Source: a virus. From it: a DNA stretch of 37,551 bases. The position numbers were made by a program, and so were the translations under genes. The notes under the pieces are model-generated. The model saw only the letters and a list, made by a program, of their open reading frames with translations, had not been told where the DNA came from and searched no databases. The stretch is taken from the UHGV virus genome UHGV-0071294; one strand, written 5' to 3'. Shown one piece after another: positions 24,695-34,538 of the stretch (position 1 is its first letter; the number at the start of each line of letters is the position of its first letter).

Positions 24695-25397
24695 ACGAAG
24701 CAGTGCCCGGCAGCGACGGCTGGCACGAAACCTCGTCGTCGATATTGATGAAGATGAGGTGCTGAAAATTATCGCTAAACTGGGTGGGTCAAAAAGTCAG
24801 ATCCGTAAAGCCTGGGGCGTGGCGCTGAAAAGAGCCGCGTCTGCACTGCGGATGAAGGCTATGGCAGAGTTTAAAAAACAGGTTGCCCCACGCAGTCAGA
24901 AAATGATCAAAAAGCGTGTTCTGCATAATTTTATCATTCGTCGTAACGGTGATGAGTTTGATGAGGCGAAGGTATGGTTCGGTCTGAATGCCATCAAAGT
25001 ACGCGATCTGCGCGGACGCATCAGTGGGGGGCGACGCGGCGAACGCCATCAGTTGCGCGATGAGCGGGGGCGTTTTGCACCAGCTTCCCGCCGCAGGAAG
25101 GCACGGGAGATCCGTTTTAAACCTGCAGGGGAATCCCTGCCTGTCACCACTTGGTCAACGGATGATGCCTTTATCAATCAGTTCGAAGCGGAAAATCGTA
25201 ACGGACGTATATCAAAAAGGAAAACGATACTGATCCGACAGGCATCCGGACGACGGAGGGTGCGTGAAGCGGAAATTGATATTTATGAAGCCATGCTGAA
25301 CCGTATAGAGGATTTTGTTTTTCCGGATGCGGAAGCACTGATCCTGAAAAATTTTGAGCATGAACTGAAATTCCGGGTATTTAAGGGGCTGGAGTGA
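24675..25397 (+). CDS. Putative tail completion / virion morphogenesis protein (weakly Z-like)
   Basis: Basic protein between the head connector and the baseplate genes; the start overlaps the FII-like stop; family assignment uncertain. Confidence 0.4.
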   Translation: MAVREHERSSARQRRLARNLVVDIDEDEVLKIIAKLGGSKSQIRKAWGVALKRAASALRMKAMAEFKKQVAPRSQKMIKKRVLHNFIIRRNGDEFDEAKVWFGLNAIKVRDLRGRISGGRRGERHQLRDERGRFAPASRRRKAREIRFKPAGESLPVTTWSTDDAFINQFEAENRNGRISKRKTILIRQASGRRRVREAEIDIYEAMLNRIEDFVFPDAEALILKNFEHELKFRVFKGLE

Positions 25398-25960
25398 TGG
25401 AGCCATTGATGATGGGCGCCTGGCATCAGGCGGTGATTGACAGTCTGAAACAAATTCCCTGGGTGGAAGATGCCGATGAGTACCCGGAAAAAGTGACGCA
25501 ACTGGTGACGCCTGCTGTGTTTGTGGATGTACCGGGCTGGGACAAGGCTCATTTTGCTGACGGGCAAACGCGGGTCACGCTGAAATGTGATCTGTTTGTG
25601 GTGACAGACCGGGCCGGGAAGACGGAAAACGTGCCAAAACCGCAGATTTTTGCCCGTTGTCTGGCGATGGATTTATCTGACTGGATTGAGGGAGCCACGT
25701 TCGGGCTGGATAACGTTGATCCGGCGGTTTTTATCGATGCTGAGGTGGATACCTTCGACCGGCTGCTGGACGACTACATCGTTTTCCGTGTCTCTTTCGA
25801 ACAGGACATTCCGGTCGGCGAAGATCCGTTTGCGGTTCCGGCAGGTGCGCCGTTACAGGAAGTCTGGCTGGGTAAAGTACCGGAAACCGGCAAGAGACAT
25901 GAGCAGGATTATCGTCTTATCTGGAAATCGGAGGGCACCGGTGATGAGTCTGGCAGATGA
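25397..25960 (+). CDS. Putative tail completion / terminator protein
   Basis: ATGA-coupled start; position immediately before baseplate V; no firm motif. Confidence 0.4.
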   Translation: MEPLMMGAWHQAVIDSLKQIPWVEDADEYPEKVTQLVTPAVFVDVPGWDKAHFADGQTRVTLKCDLFVVTDRAGKTENVPKPQIFARCLAMDLSDWIEGATFGLDNVDPAVFIDAEVDTFDRLLDDYIVFRVSFEQDIPVGEDPFAVPAGAPLQEVWLGKVPETGKRHEQDYRLIWKSEGTGDESGR

Positions 25961-26567
25961 AGTGGCAGAGTTACGCCGCAGGGTGGCGGACATGGTCCGT
26001 CGCGGCGTGGTGGACGAGGTGATCCCGGGTAGCCCGGTTATGGTTCGGGTGGATATCGGGGATGTGCTTTCGCCTCCGTTGCCCTGGATTCAGGTACAGT
26101 CCGGGCGCTACATGCAAGTCAGTAATTACCCGGCTCCCGGAGATGCCGTTACAGTGATATCGGAGGCAGGCGATCTGCGTAACGGTCGGGTGTATCCGGG
26201 GGCTAATATTGACGCCATTCCTGTCCCTGAGGGCAGTGAATACGAACATGTTATTTTGTTTGATACCGGAACGGAAATCCGTTACGACCGTCAGGCTAAT
26301 GCCCTGTCCATCACGCTGGCTGAAGGCGGCAGCTATAAAATTACCGGCAGGGGAACCCTGGACGGTCCGGTAGAAATCACAGATACCCTGACCGTACAGG
26401 GTAAAGCAACCATGAATGCTGAGGCGGTGGTTAAGGCGGATCTGATGGTCGGTGGTGAGGTTTCTGATTATCACGGAACGATGAGTCAAATCAGAATTGT
26501 CTATAACGGTCACAATCACCGGGGCGACAGTGGTGGCAGCACCGGACAGCCTGGTCAGCAAATGTAA
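25944..26567 (+). CDS. Baseplate assembly protein V (P2 gpV-like spike)
   Basis: C-terminal NGHNHRGDSGGSTGQP matches the P2 gpV motif HTHKHPGDSGGTTGSP; start chosen within ORF 25650..26567 using the GGAGGG RBS. Confidence 0.8.
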   Translation: MSLADEVAELRRRVADMVRRGVVDEVIPGSPVMVRVDIGDVLSPPLPWIQVQSGRYMQVSNYPAPGDAVTVISEAGDLRNGRVYPGANIDAIPVPEGSEYEHVILFDTGTEIRYDRQANALSITLAEGGSYKITGRGTLDGPVEITDTLTVQGKATMNAEAVVKADLMVGGEVSDYHGTMSQIRIVYNGHNHRGDSGGSTGQPGQQM

Positions 26568-26600
26568 TCTCCTTTCAGTTCTTTTTCCGGAATAAACAAC

Positions 26601-26957
26601 ATGATTGGTATTGATTCAGCCACCGGCAGATATCTGCACGGTAACGAACATCTGCGCCAGTCCGTCACCGATATTTTGTCAACACCGGTCGGCAGCCGGG
26701 TCCTGCTCAGGGAATACGGCAGCAGACTTTTCAGTCTGCTTGATAACCCACAGGATGATTTCACGCGGGTGAGAATTGTTCGTGAAACGGTAACCGCCCT
26801 TGAACGCTGGGAACCCCGCCTGACTCTCCGGCGGGTGGAAGTGACGTGGACAGGAGAAGGAAGCGCGTGGCTGACGCTTGTCGGGGTGAATAACGAAACT
26901 CAGGATACGATTCGACTCGAGGAGATAAAAATTGGCAACGTCTCAGGCAATTATTGA
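26601..26957 (+). CDS. Baseplate assembly protein W (P2 gpW / gp25-like)
   Basis: ILSTPVGSRVLLREYGS...ERWEPRLTL matches P2 W (ILRTPVGSRVMRRDYGS...KWEPRVTL). Confidence 0.85.
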   Translation: MIGIDSATGRYLHGNEHLRQSVTDILSTPVGSRVLLREYGSRLFSLLDNPQDDFTRVRIVRETVTALERWEPRLTLRRVEVTWTGEGSAWLTLVGVNNETQDTIRLEEIKIGNVSGNY

Positions 26958-27846
26958 TCTGTCCGCGATACCAGTACCGGATGCGGTGGAGGTGCCGGAC
27001 ACCGCTGTGCTGGTCACTCAGATAGTGGCGAAGTATCAGGAGCTGGATACGTTGTTTTCGGCTCTGGTGGAATCTGATCCCGCGTATAAATGGGCAGAGG
27101 CGCTGGCTTATCGGGTGGCGCTGATGCGCCAGCAGATAAATGATGCTGTCCGTGCTGTACTGCTTGCCAGTGCCGGTGGGAACGATCTGGATCAGGTTGG
27201 CGCGAATTATCAGGTTCAGCGGCTGGTTATTACCCCGGCAGACGACAGCACCATTCCGCCCACGCCGGCGGTGTATGAAGATGATGACGCTTTTCGCGAA
27301 CGTATCCAGTTGTCATGGGCACGGCTCAGCACCGCTGGCGCGAAAAATGCGTATCACTATTTTGCACAAAGTGCTGATCCTGATGTGCTGGATGTGAAGG
27401 CTTACGGGCCGGAAACACATTCGCAGGAAGGCCGGGTTTTTCTTTATGTGTTATCCCGGTCCGGAAATGGCACTGCATCACACCCCCTGCTGGATAAGGT
27501 GGCAGCATCAGTTTGTGATGATGAAACCCGTCCCCTGACGGATTTTGTCAGTGTCCGGACGGCAGAAATTATTCCCTACGATGTGGTGGCGGATATTCAT
27601 ATTCCCTACGGACTGGATGGTGAACTGGTTATGGCAAATGCCCGCAAGGCGCTGCAGTCATACACTGACAGCGTCCACCGGATTGGCTCGGTGGCATCCC
27701 GTTCTGGTATGGATGGTGCCCTTCACCAGACCGGGGTGATTACGGTGAATCTGACCTCTCCGGGCAGTGATATCGTTCCTGCGATGGGGCAGGCACCGTG
27801 GTGTCGCTCAGTCACACTGAACAAGGTGGAGACAACCGATGAATGA
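26932..27846 (+). CDS. Baseplate assembly protein J (P2 gpJ-like)
   Basis: GGNDLDQVGANYQVQRLVITPADDSTIPPTPAV is nearly identical to P2 J (AGNDLDVIGANYNTTRLTITPADDSTIPPTPAV); apparent TTG start. Confidence 0.85.
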   Translation: MATSQAIIDLSAIPVPDAVEVPDTAVLVTQIVAKYQELDTLFSALVESDPAYKWAEALAYRVALMRQQINDAVRAVLLASAGGNDLDQVGANYQVQRLVITPADDSTIPPTPAVYEDDDAFRERIQLSWARLSTAGAKNAYHYFAQSADPDVLDVKAYGPETHSQEGRVFLYVLSRSGNGTASHPLLDKVAASVCDDETRPLTDFVSVRTAEIIPYDVVADIHIPYGLDGELVMANARKALQSYTDSVHRIGSVASRSGMDGALHQTGVITVNLTSPGSDIVPAMGQAPWCRSVTLNKVETTDE

Positions 27847-28429
27847 CAAAATCAGAAGCATACTTCCTGTCAGCGCCAGCCGGGCAGAGCGGGTGGTGGA
27901 CAGTACCGCCGGTGATATGCTGGCGGAAATCGCAGTATGTCTGATCCGCTATGTCAAAAATCCCGATTTATGTCCTGCTGAATTGCTGCCATGGCTGGCC
28001 TGGGAAATGGCGGTGGACACCTGGAATGAACACTGGACGGAGGCGGAAAAAAGGTCTGCGATAAAACGTGCTGCATACATCCACCGCCACAGAGGGACTA
28101 AAGCGGCGCTGATGGCATCGCTGGCTGACAGTCCCTTCCGGTCGCAGATTGTTGAGTGGTATGAGCAGACCCCACCCGGGGAGCCGTATACCTTCCGTCT
28201 GAACGTGGAGCAGAAAGATTTACCGGTGCTGATGAATGATCATCAGGATCTGAAGCATGCGGTGCTCCGTGCCAAAAATCTGCGCAGCTGGTTCAGTATT
28301 CACGTTTACGGGAACAGCACAGGGCGTGGATTTGGTTACGGCTATGTGATGGCGACAGAAAAAATCAGAAGTACCGGTGTGACAACAAAGACAGTGCCCA
28401 CAGGCGGGCAGAGTGAGGCAGGTGTATGA
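27839..28429 (+). CDS. Tail protein I (P2 gpI-like)
   Basis: DLCPAELLPWLAWEMAVDTWNEHW matches P2 I (DTCPANLLPWLAWAFSVDRWDEKW). Confidence 0.85.
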   Translation: MNDKIRSILPVSASRAERVVDSTAGDMLAEIAVCLIRYVKNPDLCPAELLPWLAWEMAVDTWNEHWTEAEKRSAIKRAAYIHRHRGTKAALMASLADSPFRSQIVEWYEQTPPGEPYTFRLNVEQKDLPVLMNDHQDLKHAVLRAKNLRSWFSIHVYGNSTGRGFGYGYVMATEKIRSTGVTTKTVPTGGQSEAGV

Positions 28430-29811
28430 ATGGACTGATTCTGACAACGTCCGGCGCTGCAGAAATTGAAGCAGCATATCAGAACGGGCAAACCGTGACC
28501 GTCCGGCATGTTCTGCTTGGTGACGGGGGCGGGCGGGCATTGCCATCCACGCCGGATGAAATGGCAGCAATGACATCGTTGTACGGCGAATTCGGGCAGG
28601 AACCCTTTTCCGACGGTGCGGTGGAGGAGGGCTTCATCAGCGGGGATATTGTGATTGACTGTAAATCATACCCCGGTAAAACCCTTCGTGAACTGGGGAT
28701 GATCAGCGACAGAGGTACGCTTATCGCGTACGGACGTTATCCCGACACCTTTTTACCAGACCAGACGGACTCTGTTATCAAGGAAGTTATTCTGACGCTG
28801 GTTCTTGGGCTGACGCACGCACAAAACGTGGTGCTGGAAGTTGATCCGGACAGGGCCATTATTACTCAGGAAATCGGAGACAGACGCTATCTGCAACGAA
28901 AAAAGAATCTTTCGGATGTGGAAGACAAGGATGAGGCTGTTGAAAACCTCGGATTAAAACCCACGGTGGACAAGGCAAAAAATGCCGTTCAGCGTGATGG
29001 TGACACCATGACCGGGGAACTGAAAATCCGTGGTGTTAATGCGCTGAGGATTTTCAACGAAGCCTTTGGTCTGATTTTTCGTCGTTCGGAAGAGTGCCTG
29101 CACCTTATCCCTACCAGTGAAGGTCAGGGCGAGAATGGCGATATTGGTCCACTTCGACCGTTCACTATTAATCTGCGGACGGGTGAAATATCCATGTCGC
29201 ATAAAGTGTCTGTTGGCGGCGGTTCTCAGGTCAATGGTGCGCTGGGTATCGGCGTTCAGAACGCGCTGGGCGGAAACTCAATTGCTTTCGGGGATAACGA
29301 TACAGGTATAAAACAAAACGGCGACGGCATTCTGGATGTTTATGCGAATGGACAGCATGTATTTCGTTTCCAGAATGGTGTGGCGATAGCGTTAAAAAAT
29401 ATTCAGGCCGGAAATGCTAAAAAATTCACGTTATCCAGCGCCAACAACTCCACGAAAAACGCAACGTTTAATTTATGGGGTAATTCATCCCGACCTGTAG
29501 TTGCAGAGCTTGGTGATGATTCCGGCTGGCATTTTTACAGTCAGAGGAATACGGATAACAGTATAACGTTCGCTGTAAACGGGCAGATGGTTCCATCAAA
29601 CTACGGAAACTTTGATGCCCGCTATCAGACCAAAACAGGCGGTGTACAGGATGTGCGTCTGGGCAGTGCCATTGGTATTGGGCGTGGCGGGAACGCACCA
29701 TCAGGTCACCTTATCAGCGGTCTTGATGGTGGTGAAAGTATGGACTGGGCCAATGCCCGCCCGGTGCAGGTTCTGATTAATGGCGTCTGGCGGAATGTAG
29801 CGAGTTTGTAA
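28426..29811 (+). CDS. Tail fibre protein (P2 gpH-like), 461 aa
   Basis: C-terminal 150 aa (QNGDGILDVYANGQHVFRFQNGVAIALKNIQAG...RPVVAELGDDSGWHFYSQRNTDNS) closely match the P2 H C-terminus; lacks the H middle region. Confidence 0.85.
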   Translation: MNGLILTTSGAAEIEAAYQNGQTVTVRHVLLGDGGGRALPSTPDEMAAMTSLYGEFGQEPFSDGAVEEGFISGDIVIDCKSYPGKTLRELGMISDRGTLIAYGRYPDTFLPDQTDSVIKEVILTLVLGLTHAQNVVLEVDPDRAIITQEIGDRRYLQRKKNLSDVEDKDEAVENLGLKPTVDKAKNAVQRDGDTMTGELKIRGVNALRIFNEAFGLIFRRSEECLHLIPTSEGQGENGDIGPLRPFTINLRTGEISMSHKVSVGGGSQVNGALGIGVQNALGGNSIAFGDNDTGIKQNGDGILDVYANGQHVFRFQNGVAIALKNIQAGNAKKFTLSSANNSTKNATFNLWGNSSRPVVAELGDDSGWHFYSQRNTDNSITFAVNGQMVPSNYGNFDARYQTKTGGVQDVRLGSAIGIGRGGNAPSGHLISGLDGGESMDWANARPVQVLINGVWRNVASL

Positions 29812-29813
29812 TT

Positions 29814-30359
29814 ATGATGCACTTAAAAAATCTTACGGTACAAAACCCTAAAACAATTGAGCAATACCAGCTGGCGCGACAGCATAAATTTTTATTGTGG
29901 CTGCTCTCCGATGATGGTCAGGAATGGCACGAAGCCCAGGAAAAATTTCAGCCAGACACTCTGAAAGTTATTTATGTTGAAACTGGCGAAGTGGTCTGGG
30001 TTGGAAAAGACATCACCTCAATCTGCCCGGAAAATAAAAGTGTGATTGAGTTGCCGGATATTACCGCTAATCGTCGCATTGAGGCGTCGGGATACTGGTT
30101 CTACCGCAATGATGAATTTGTTTTCGACTACAAACTTAAAGCGGAAGATGAGCGTGACGCACTGTTAAAACAGGTCAGTATCATGACCAGCGAATGGGAA
30201 AAAGACCTGCTGCTGGGTTTAATCAGCGACGAAGACAGGGAAAAGCTCAAAGCGTACCGCATTTACGCGAAATCGCTGCAGGCGATGGATTTCAGCGCTA
30301 TTACGGATAAGACCACTTACAACAATATTAGCTGGCCTGAGCAGCCACAAAATACCTGA
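29814..30359 (+). CDS. Tail fibre assembly chaperone (P2 gpG / Tfa-like)
   Basis: N-terminus HLKNLTVQNPKTIEQYQL...FQPDT matches P2 G (HLKNIKSGNPKTKEQYQL...FQPDT). Confidence 0.85.
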   Translation: MMHLKNLTVQNPKTIEQYQLARQHKFLLWLLSDDGQEWHEAQEKFQPDTLKVIYVETGEVVWVGKDITSICPENKSVIELPDITANRRIEASGYWFYRNDEFVFDYKLKAEDERDALLKQVSIMTSEWEKDLLLGLISDEDREKLKAYRIYAKSLQAMDFSAITDKTTYNNISWPEQPQNT

Positions 30360-30378
30360 AAAAGAAGTTAATCATCTG

Positions 30379-30401
30379 ACCGCCTGAGGGCGGTTTTTTT
30401 A
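30379..30401 (+). terminator. Intrinsic terminator after the tail fibre assembly gene
   Basis: Hairpin ACCGCC-TGAG-GGCGGT followed by TTTTTTT. Confidence 0.65.
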
Positions 30402-30413
30402 TGGGAGAAATGT

Positions 30414-31889
30414 ATGCCCGGATTACATGGTGTTGAAACCATTGAACTGACGACAGGCACGGTTGCCGTGCAGACCATCTCCACGGCAGTGATTGGCCTG
30501 GTGGGGACAGCGCCGGACGCCTCTGGTGGTGTGTGCGCTTCCGGCACAGCCGGCTCCTGGCTGCTGGGAACGGCGCTGGATTTCACGGCGAAACAGGAAG
30601 GTCGGGCCGGTAATAAGATTTCGGTTGTTGCTGTGGCTGCCACAGAACAAAACGCGCAGACAGTGGCCTCGCTGAAAGGTACGACCCTGACGATAACACT
30701 GGGGACGGACGAACACAGCCAGGTTAACGCCACGGCGGACCGTGTGACTGAAGTGGTGAATGCGCTGGGGGATTCGCCTGTGACGGCGGCTGTCAGCACC
30801 TTGAATGCAGGAGACGCTGAAAATAAAGTGGTGTTGCCGTTCAGCCTGACGTTATCCGGCGGAGAAGATGAGGCGTTCCCGGTCAATACACCAGTGGTGG
30901 TGGCAGGGGCCATTACTCAGGCAGGGAAACTGGGCACAGCCGGAACATTATACCCGGCCCTGCGAGATATTTTTGACCAGACTGGTGCGCTGGTGATTGT
31001 GGTGCGCGCAGAAAGTAAAACAAAGACGAAAGAGGCCGAACAGCGTGCGGCGGTGATTCAGGCCATGGAGGCGCTGACAGAAAGTAAGGGCGTGACAGGC
31101 TATCAACCGCGCGTCCTCATTGCCACGGGGTACAGTGAGGATGATGGCGTGGCAAAGGCGCTGGAAACGTATGCCGTGAAGCTGCGGGCTGTGGCCTATA
31201 TTGACTCGCCTTCAATGGCAACGCCGCAGGATGTGGTTCAGCGGCGCGCGTCATTTGGTGGGCGTGTGGAGCTGCTGCGTCCGCGCGTGTCAGTGACGGA
31301 TGACAGCGGGCAAACGATATTTCGTCCATATTCGGCTCGTGCTGCCGGGCTGCGTGCCCGTATTGATTACGAAAAAGGGTGGTGGTGGTCCAAATCAAAC
31401 CAGGACGTGATGAATATCACCGGTCTGGAGCAGGTGGATACGTTTATTCTCGGGGAGCAGAACTGCACGGCAAACCTGCTGAACATGGAAAATATCTCCA
31501 CCATTATTCGCCATGACGGTTTTAAACACTGGGGTAACCGTCTGTGCACATCCCACAGTCAGTGGCGTTTTGAGCCGGTACGCCGCACTGCAGATGTGAT
31601 TGAGGACAGCATCCAGGAGGCCATGCTGCCTTATGTCGATCGCCCGCTTGATCGGGATGTGGCAGACGACATTCTTGGCAGCATTAATGCCTATATGCGT
31701 CAGCTTAAAAATCTGGGCGCGATCCACGGTGGCAGTGCATGGCTGAACGATGAACTGAACACTGCAGAAACCCTGGCGGCAGGGCAGTTGTATATCGATT
31801 ATGACTTTGGGCCGAAGTCACCACTGGAGCGCCTGACACTGCGGGCAATGATTAACAATAAACTGGCGCTGGAGGAACTGACGGTATGA
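30414..31889 (+). CDS. Tail sheath protein (P2 gpFI-like)
   Basis: 491 aa; RDGFKHWGNRLCT and LYIDYDFGPKSPLE match P2 FI (RDGFRFWGNRTCS, LYIDYDYTPVPPLE); follows the fibre genes in P2 order. Confidence 0.9.
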   Translation: MPGLHGVETIELTTGTVAVQTISTAVIGLVGTAPDASGGVCASGTAGSWLLGTALDFTAKQEGRAGNKISVVAVAATEQNAQTVASLKGTTLTITLGTDEHSQVNATADRVTEVVNALGDSPVTAAVSTLNAGDAENKVVLPFSLTLSGGEDEAFPVNTPVVVAGAITQAGKLGTAGTLYPALRDIFDQTGALVIVVRAESKTKTKEAEQRAAVIQAMEALTESKGVTGYQPRVLIATGYSEDDGVAKALETYAVKLRAVAYIDSPSMATPQDVVQRRASFGGRVELLRPRVSVTDDSGQTIFRPYSARAAGLRARIDYEKGWWWSKSNQDVMNITGLEQVDTFILGEQNCTANLLNMENISTIIRHDGFKHWGNRLCTSHSQWRFEPVRRTADVIEDSIQEAMLPYVDRPLDRDVADDILGSINAYMRQLKNLGAIHGGSAWLNDELNTAETLAAGQLYIDYDFGPKSPLERLTLRAMINNKLALEELTV

Positions 31890-32404
31890 TGACGGGTGAA
31901 AAAAAACTGTTGCGCGCATGGGCGTTATTTCTTCCTGGCGGAATCCGCCTTCAGGGGGCACATGAATACACGCCACCTGCCATTAATATCACGACAGTGG
32001 ATATCAAAACTGGCGCAATGGATGCACCGGTGGCAGTGGATGACGGCATGGAAGCGCTGACCTGTTCGTTTAAGATTTATGGTTATGATGTTGCCATGCT
32101 TACGCTGCTGGGATTACAGGCCGGGCTTTATTCGCCGGAGATTGTTGTCCGCCAGGCTTACCAGGTGGGGAATGCGACCAGCGGGCAGGTGGAAACTCTG
32201 CAGGGGATGATCACCAGTATCACGCCGGATGCGCGTCCCGCAACGTCACAGGCAGAGGCTTCGGTGACGGTGGAAATGTCACTGAGTTATTACCGTCAGG
32301 CTGTTGACGGTGTGGAAACCATCTGCATTATTCCGGAGGAATTTGTGCGTCGTATTAACGGCGTTAATGTTCTGGCGGATCTGAAAAAAATCATCCGGGT
32401 TTAA
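31886..32404 (+). CDS. Tail tube protein (P2 gpFII-like)
   Basis: 172 aa; ATGA-coupled to the sheath gene; position between sheath and E/E'. Confidence 0.8.
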   Translation: MMTGEKKLLRAWALFLPGGIRLQGAHEYTPPAINITTVDIKTGAMDAPVAVDDGMEALTCSFKIYGYDVAMLTLLGLQAGLYSPEIVVRQAYQVGNATSGQVETLQGMITSITPDARPATSQAEASVTVEMSLSYYRQAVDGVETICIIPEEFVRRINGVNVLADLKKIIRV

Positions 32405-32424
32405 TCCGGGGATCCTGTCATTCA

Positions 32425-32450
32425 GGCAGCTCAGGCTGCCTTTTCTTTTT
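32425..32450 (+). terminator. Hairpin plus T-tract (attenuator) between the tube gene and E
   Basis: GGCAGC-TCAG-GCTGCC followed by TTTTCTTTTT. Confidence 0.5.
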
Positions 32451-32463
32451 AAAGGAGATGCTT

Positions 32464-32766
32464 ATGTCGGAAAAAAACAGTGTTCCTGCCAGCAGCGTGG
32501 AAATTGTGTTATCCGTGCCGTATGTCACCGCATCAGGACAGACGATCACGCACGTCACTATGCGTGCGCCCACTGTCCGCGATCGTCTGTTGCATCGCCG
32601 GAGTAACAAACCGGAAGCAGAGGCTGATCTGGATATGATTGCCGGTCTGTGTGGGATGGACGCGGCAGACATGATGAACATGGAAGCGTGTGATTACCTG
32701 GCCCTGGAGCGTCAGTTTAATGTTTTTTTGCTGCCGCCGGTCCGGCGGAAGAAGAAAGCATCCTGA
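32464..32766 (+). CDS. Tail assembly chaperone E (P2 gpE-like)
   Basis: Small ORF immediately upstream of the tape measure gene; contains the slippery site; start chosen at the second ATG for better RBS spacing. Confidence 0.7.
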   Translation: MSEKNSVPASSVEIVLSVPYVTASGQTITHVTMRAPTVRDRLLHRRSNKPEAEADLDMIAGLCGMDAADMMNMEACDYLALERQFNVFLLPPVRRKKKAS

Positions 32767-32903
32767 CAGCGATACGGCGTGCCGGTGCCTGGTTCGGGTG
32801 GTCTCCCGGAGATGTGATGGCGCTGCCGTATACGGATTTTGTGGCAATGATGCTGGCGGAGTCGGAAGAGAGGAAGCGATGTTATGGCAACGGTGGGCGA
32901 TAA
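32464..32903 (+). CDS. E+E' fusion product made by programmed -1 frameshift at T TTT TTG (32724-32730)
   Basis: Seven-T run at 32723-32729; the -1 frame is open from 32730 to TAA at 32901-32903 and overlaps the tape measure start at 32884, the same architecture as P2 E/E'. Confidence 0.6.
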
Positions 32904-34536
32904 CCTTAAAGCGAATATCCGGATCGGAGGCACGATAGATCCGTCGTGGAAAAAATCGGTTGATGGGTTGAAGCACGGATTATCAGGGGCAACACAGGAA
33001 GTGGCTCGTCTGACACGCCAGCAGGACGTACTGAAACGAAAAATTCAGGCTGGCGTTCTGGCTGGACAGGATATTACTGATCTGCGAAAGCAGTATGAAA
33101 AGCTGGGTAAAAAAATTCATGATGCCACCGGAGAGCAGGACAAATTTAACCGTAAGCTGGCGCGCGCGGAACGTCTGGCTCGCTGGAAAGGGTGGGCCGG
33201 GACCGTTCTTAAGACCGGGCTGGGGCTTTCGGTTGGTTCCGGGCTTACGCTGGCAGCAGGTGCAAGTGCGGTACTGAACCGGAATTCGGAAACAGCAGAG
33301 CGTGCAGGGATAGCGCGGAGCTACGGGGTGGACTATGAAACCTATGCGGCGTGGGATTCACTGGGCCGTCAGATGGGGTTAAACGGTGAAAACATCGGTG
33401 ATCTGTTTGAGGAATACCGGAACAAGGTTTTTGACGATGATAATGGTGCCACGGACAAAGGAGCCATTCAGGAGGTATTCGGTAAACTGGGGCTGAAAGC
33501 GGGCGTAATGGCCGGAAAAAGCAACCAGGAGCAGGTCGAATTTTTGTTTGATCGCTTACTGCAGGTTGAGAATGAGCAGCAGGCGGCGGGGATGGCTGAT
33601 GCGTTGTTCGGTGGTGAGGCCAATAAAATTCTGACCTGGATGCGTCTGTCAGGGAAAACTTATCGGGAGCTTATCAGTGAGCAGAAACGCTATAACCTGG
33701 TGACAAAGGCAGGGGCTGATGGCGCGGTTCAGGGACATGTGGCACTGTCAAATCTCCGTAATGTTCTGAGTTCTTCCATTGATGAAATCAGCGGACAGCT
33801 GGGTAATGAACTTGCCCCACATATTCAACAGGTGACGGATGACCTTGCGGCCTGGTTTAAGAATGGTGGGCTGGAAAAAATCCGGGCATTTATTCGTGAT
33901 GATGCCCTGCCGGCGCTGATCGACATGGCTGCCTGGATGTGGAAATTTGGAAAAGTTCTTGCCGGAATTACACAAAAAGCCATTGAGTGGGGGCTGGCGG
34001 ATGATCCGCGAGAGGACCGACGGGAAGTGCTGGAGTATCTGGCAAAAATGGGGTCGCCGGAGCTGGCGAGAGCAGTGGCGCAGAAAAACGGTCAGGGTGA
34101 ATGGTTTGATGAACTGCTCAGGCAAAATCCTGACCTGACAAAACAGGTTGTACAGGCCTATAAAGACACCCGCGGTTATCTCCCCTGGAATCATGACGAT
34201 AAAAAGTTTGATGCATTTCTCGACCCTCTGCTGGGGCCGAAAGAAGAACCTGATTTTAAGGCGATAAAAGAGAAATCCCGCACCTATATTGACGGACTAC
34301 CTGCAGCAGTTCAGGGGCAGGGTAATTCGGATCCTCTCTCGGCTCTTCAGTATACCCCCGGCAGTGTCAGCCAGGTGGAAGTAAAACCCACGTATCAGAT
34401 ACGGGCGGAATTTAACATCACTCAGAAGCCCGGCGAGGATGCCGGACAACTGGCAGACAGGGTAACGAAAAATCTGGGAGATATTAATTTTGGTCAGCGT
34501 TCCCGCATGACCGATGGTGATGCATTCTGGGGGTGA
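32884..34536 (+). CDS. Tail tape measure protein (P2 gpT-like)
   Basis: 550 aa, coiled-coil N-terminus, position after E/E'. Confidence 0.85.
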   Translation: MATVGDNLKANIRIGGTIDPSWKKSVDGLKHGLSGATQEVARLTRQQDVLKRKIQAGVLAGQDITDLRKQYEKLGKKIHDATGEQDKFNRKLARAERLARWKGWAGTVLKTGLGLSVGSGLTLAAGASAVLNRNSETAERAGIARSYGVDYETYAAWDSLGRQMGLNGENIGDLFEEYRNKVFDDDNGATDKGAIQEVFGKLGLKAGVMAGKSNQEQVEFLFDRLLQVENEQQAAGMADALFGGEANKILTWMRLSGKTYRELISEQKRYNLVTKAGADGAVQGHVALSNLRNVLSSSIDEISGQLGNELAPHIQQVTDDLAAWFKNGGLEKIRAFIRDDALPALIDMAAWMWKFGKVLAGITQKAIEWGLADDPREDRREVLEYLAKMGSPELARAVAQKNGQGEWFDELLRQNPDLTKQVVQAYKDTRGYLPWNHDDKKFDAFLDPLLGPKEEPDFKAIKEKSRTYIDGLPAAVQGQGNSDPLSALQYTPGSVSQVEVKPTYQIRAEFNITQKPGEDAGQLADRVTKNLGDINFGQRSRMTDGDAFWG

Positions 34537-34538
34537 AT

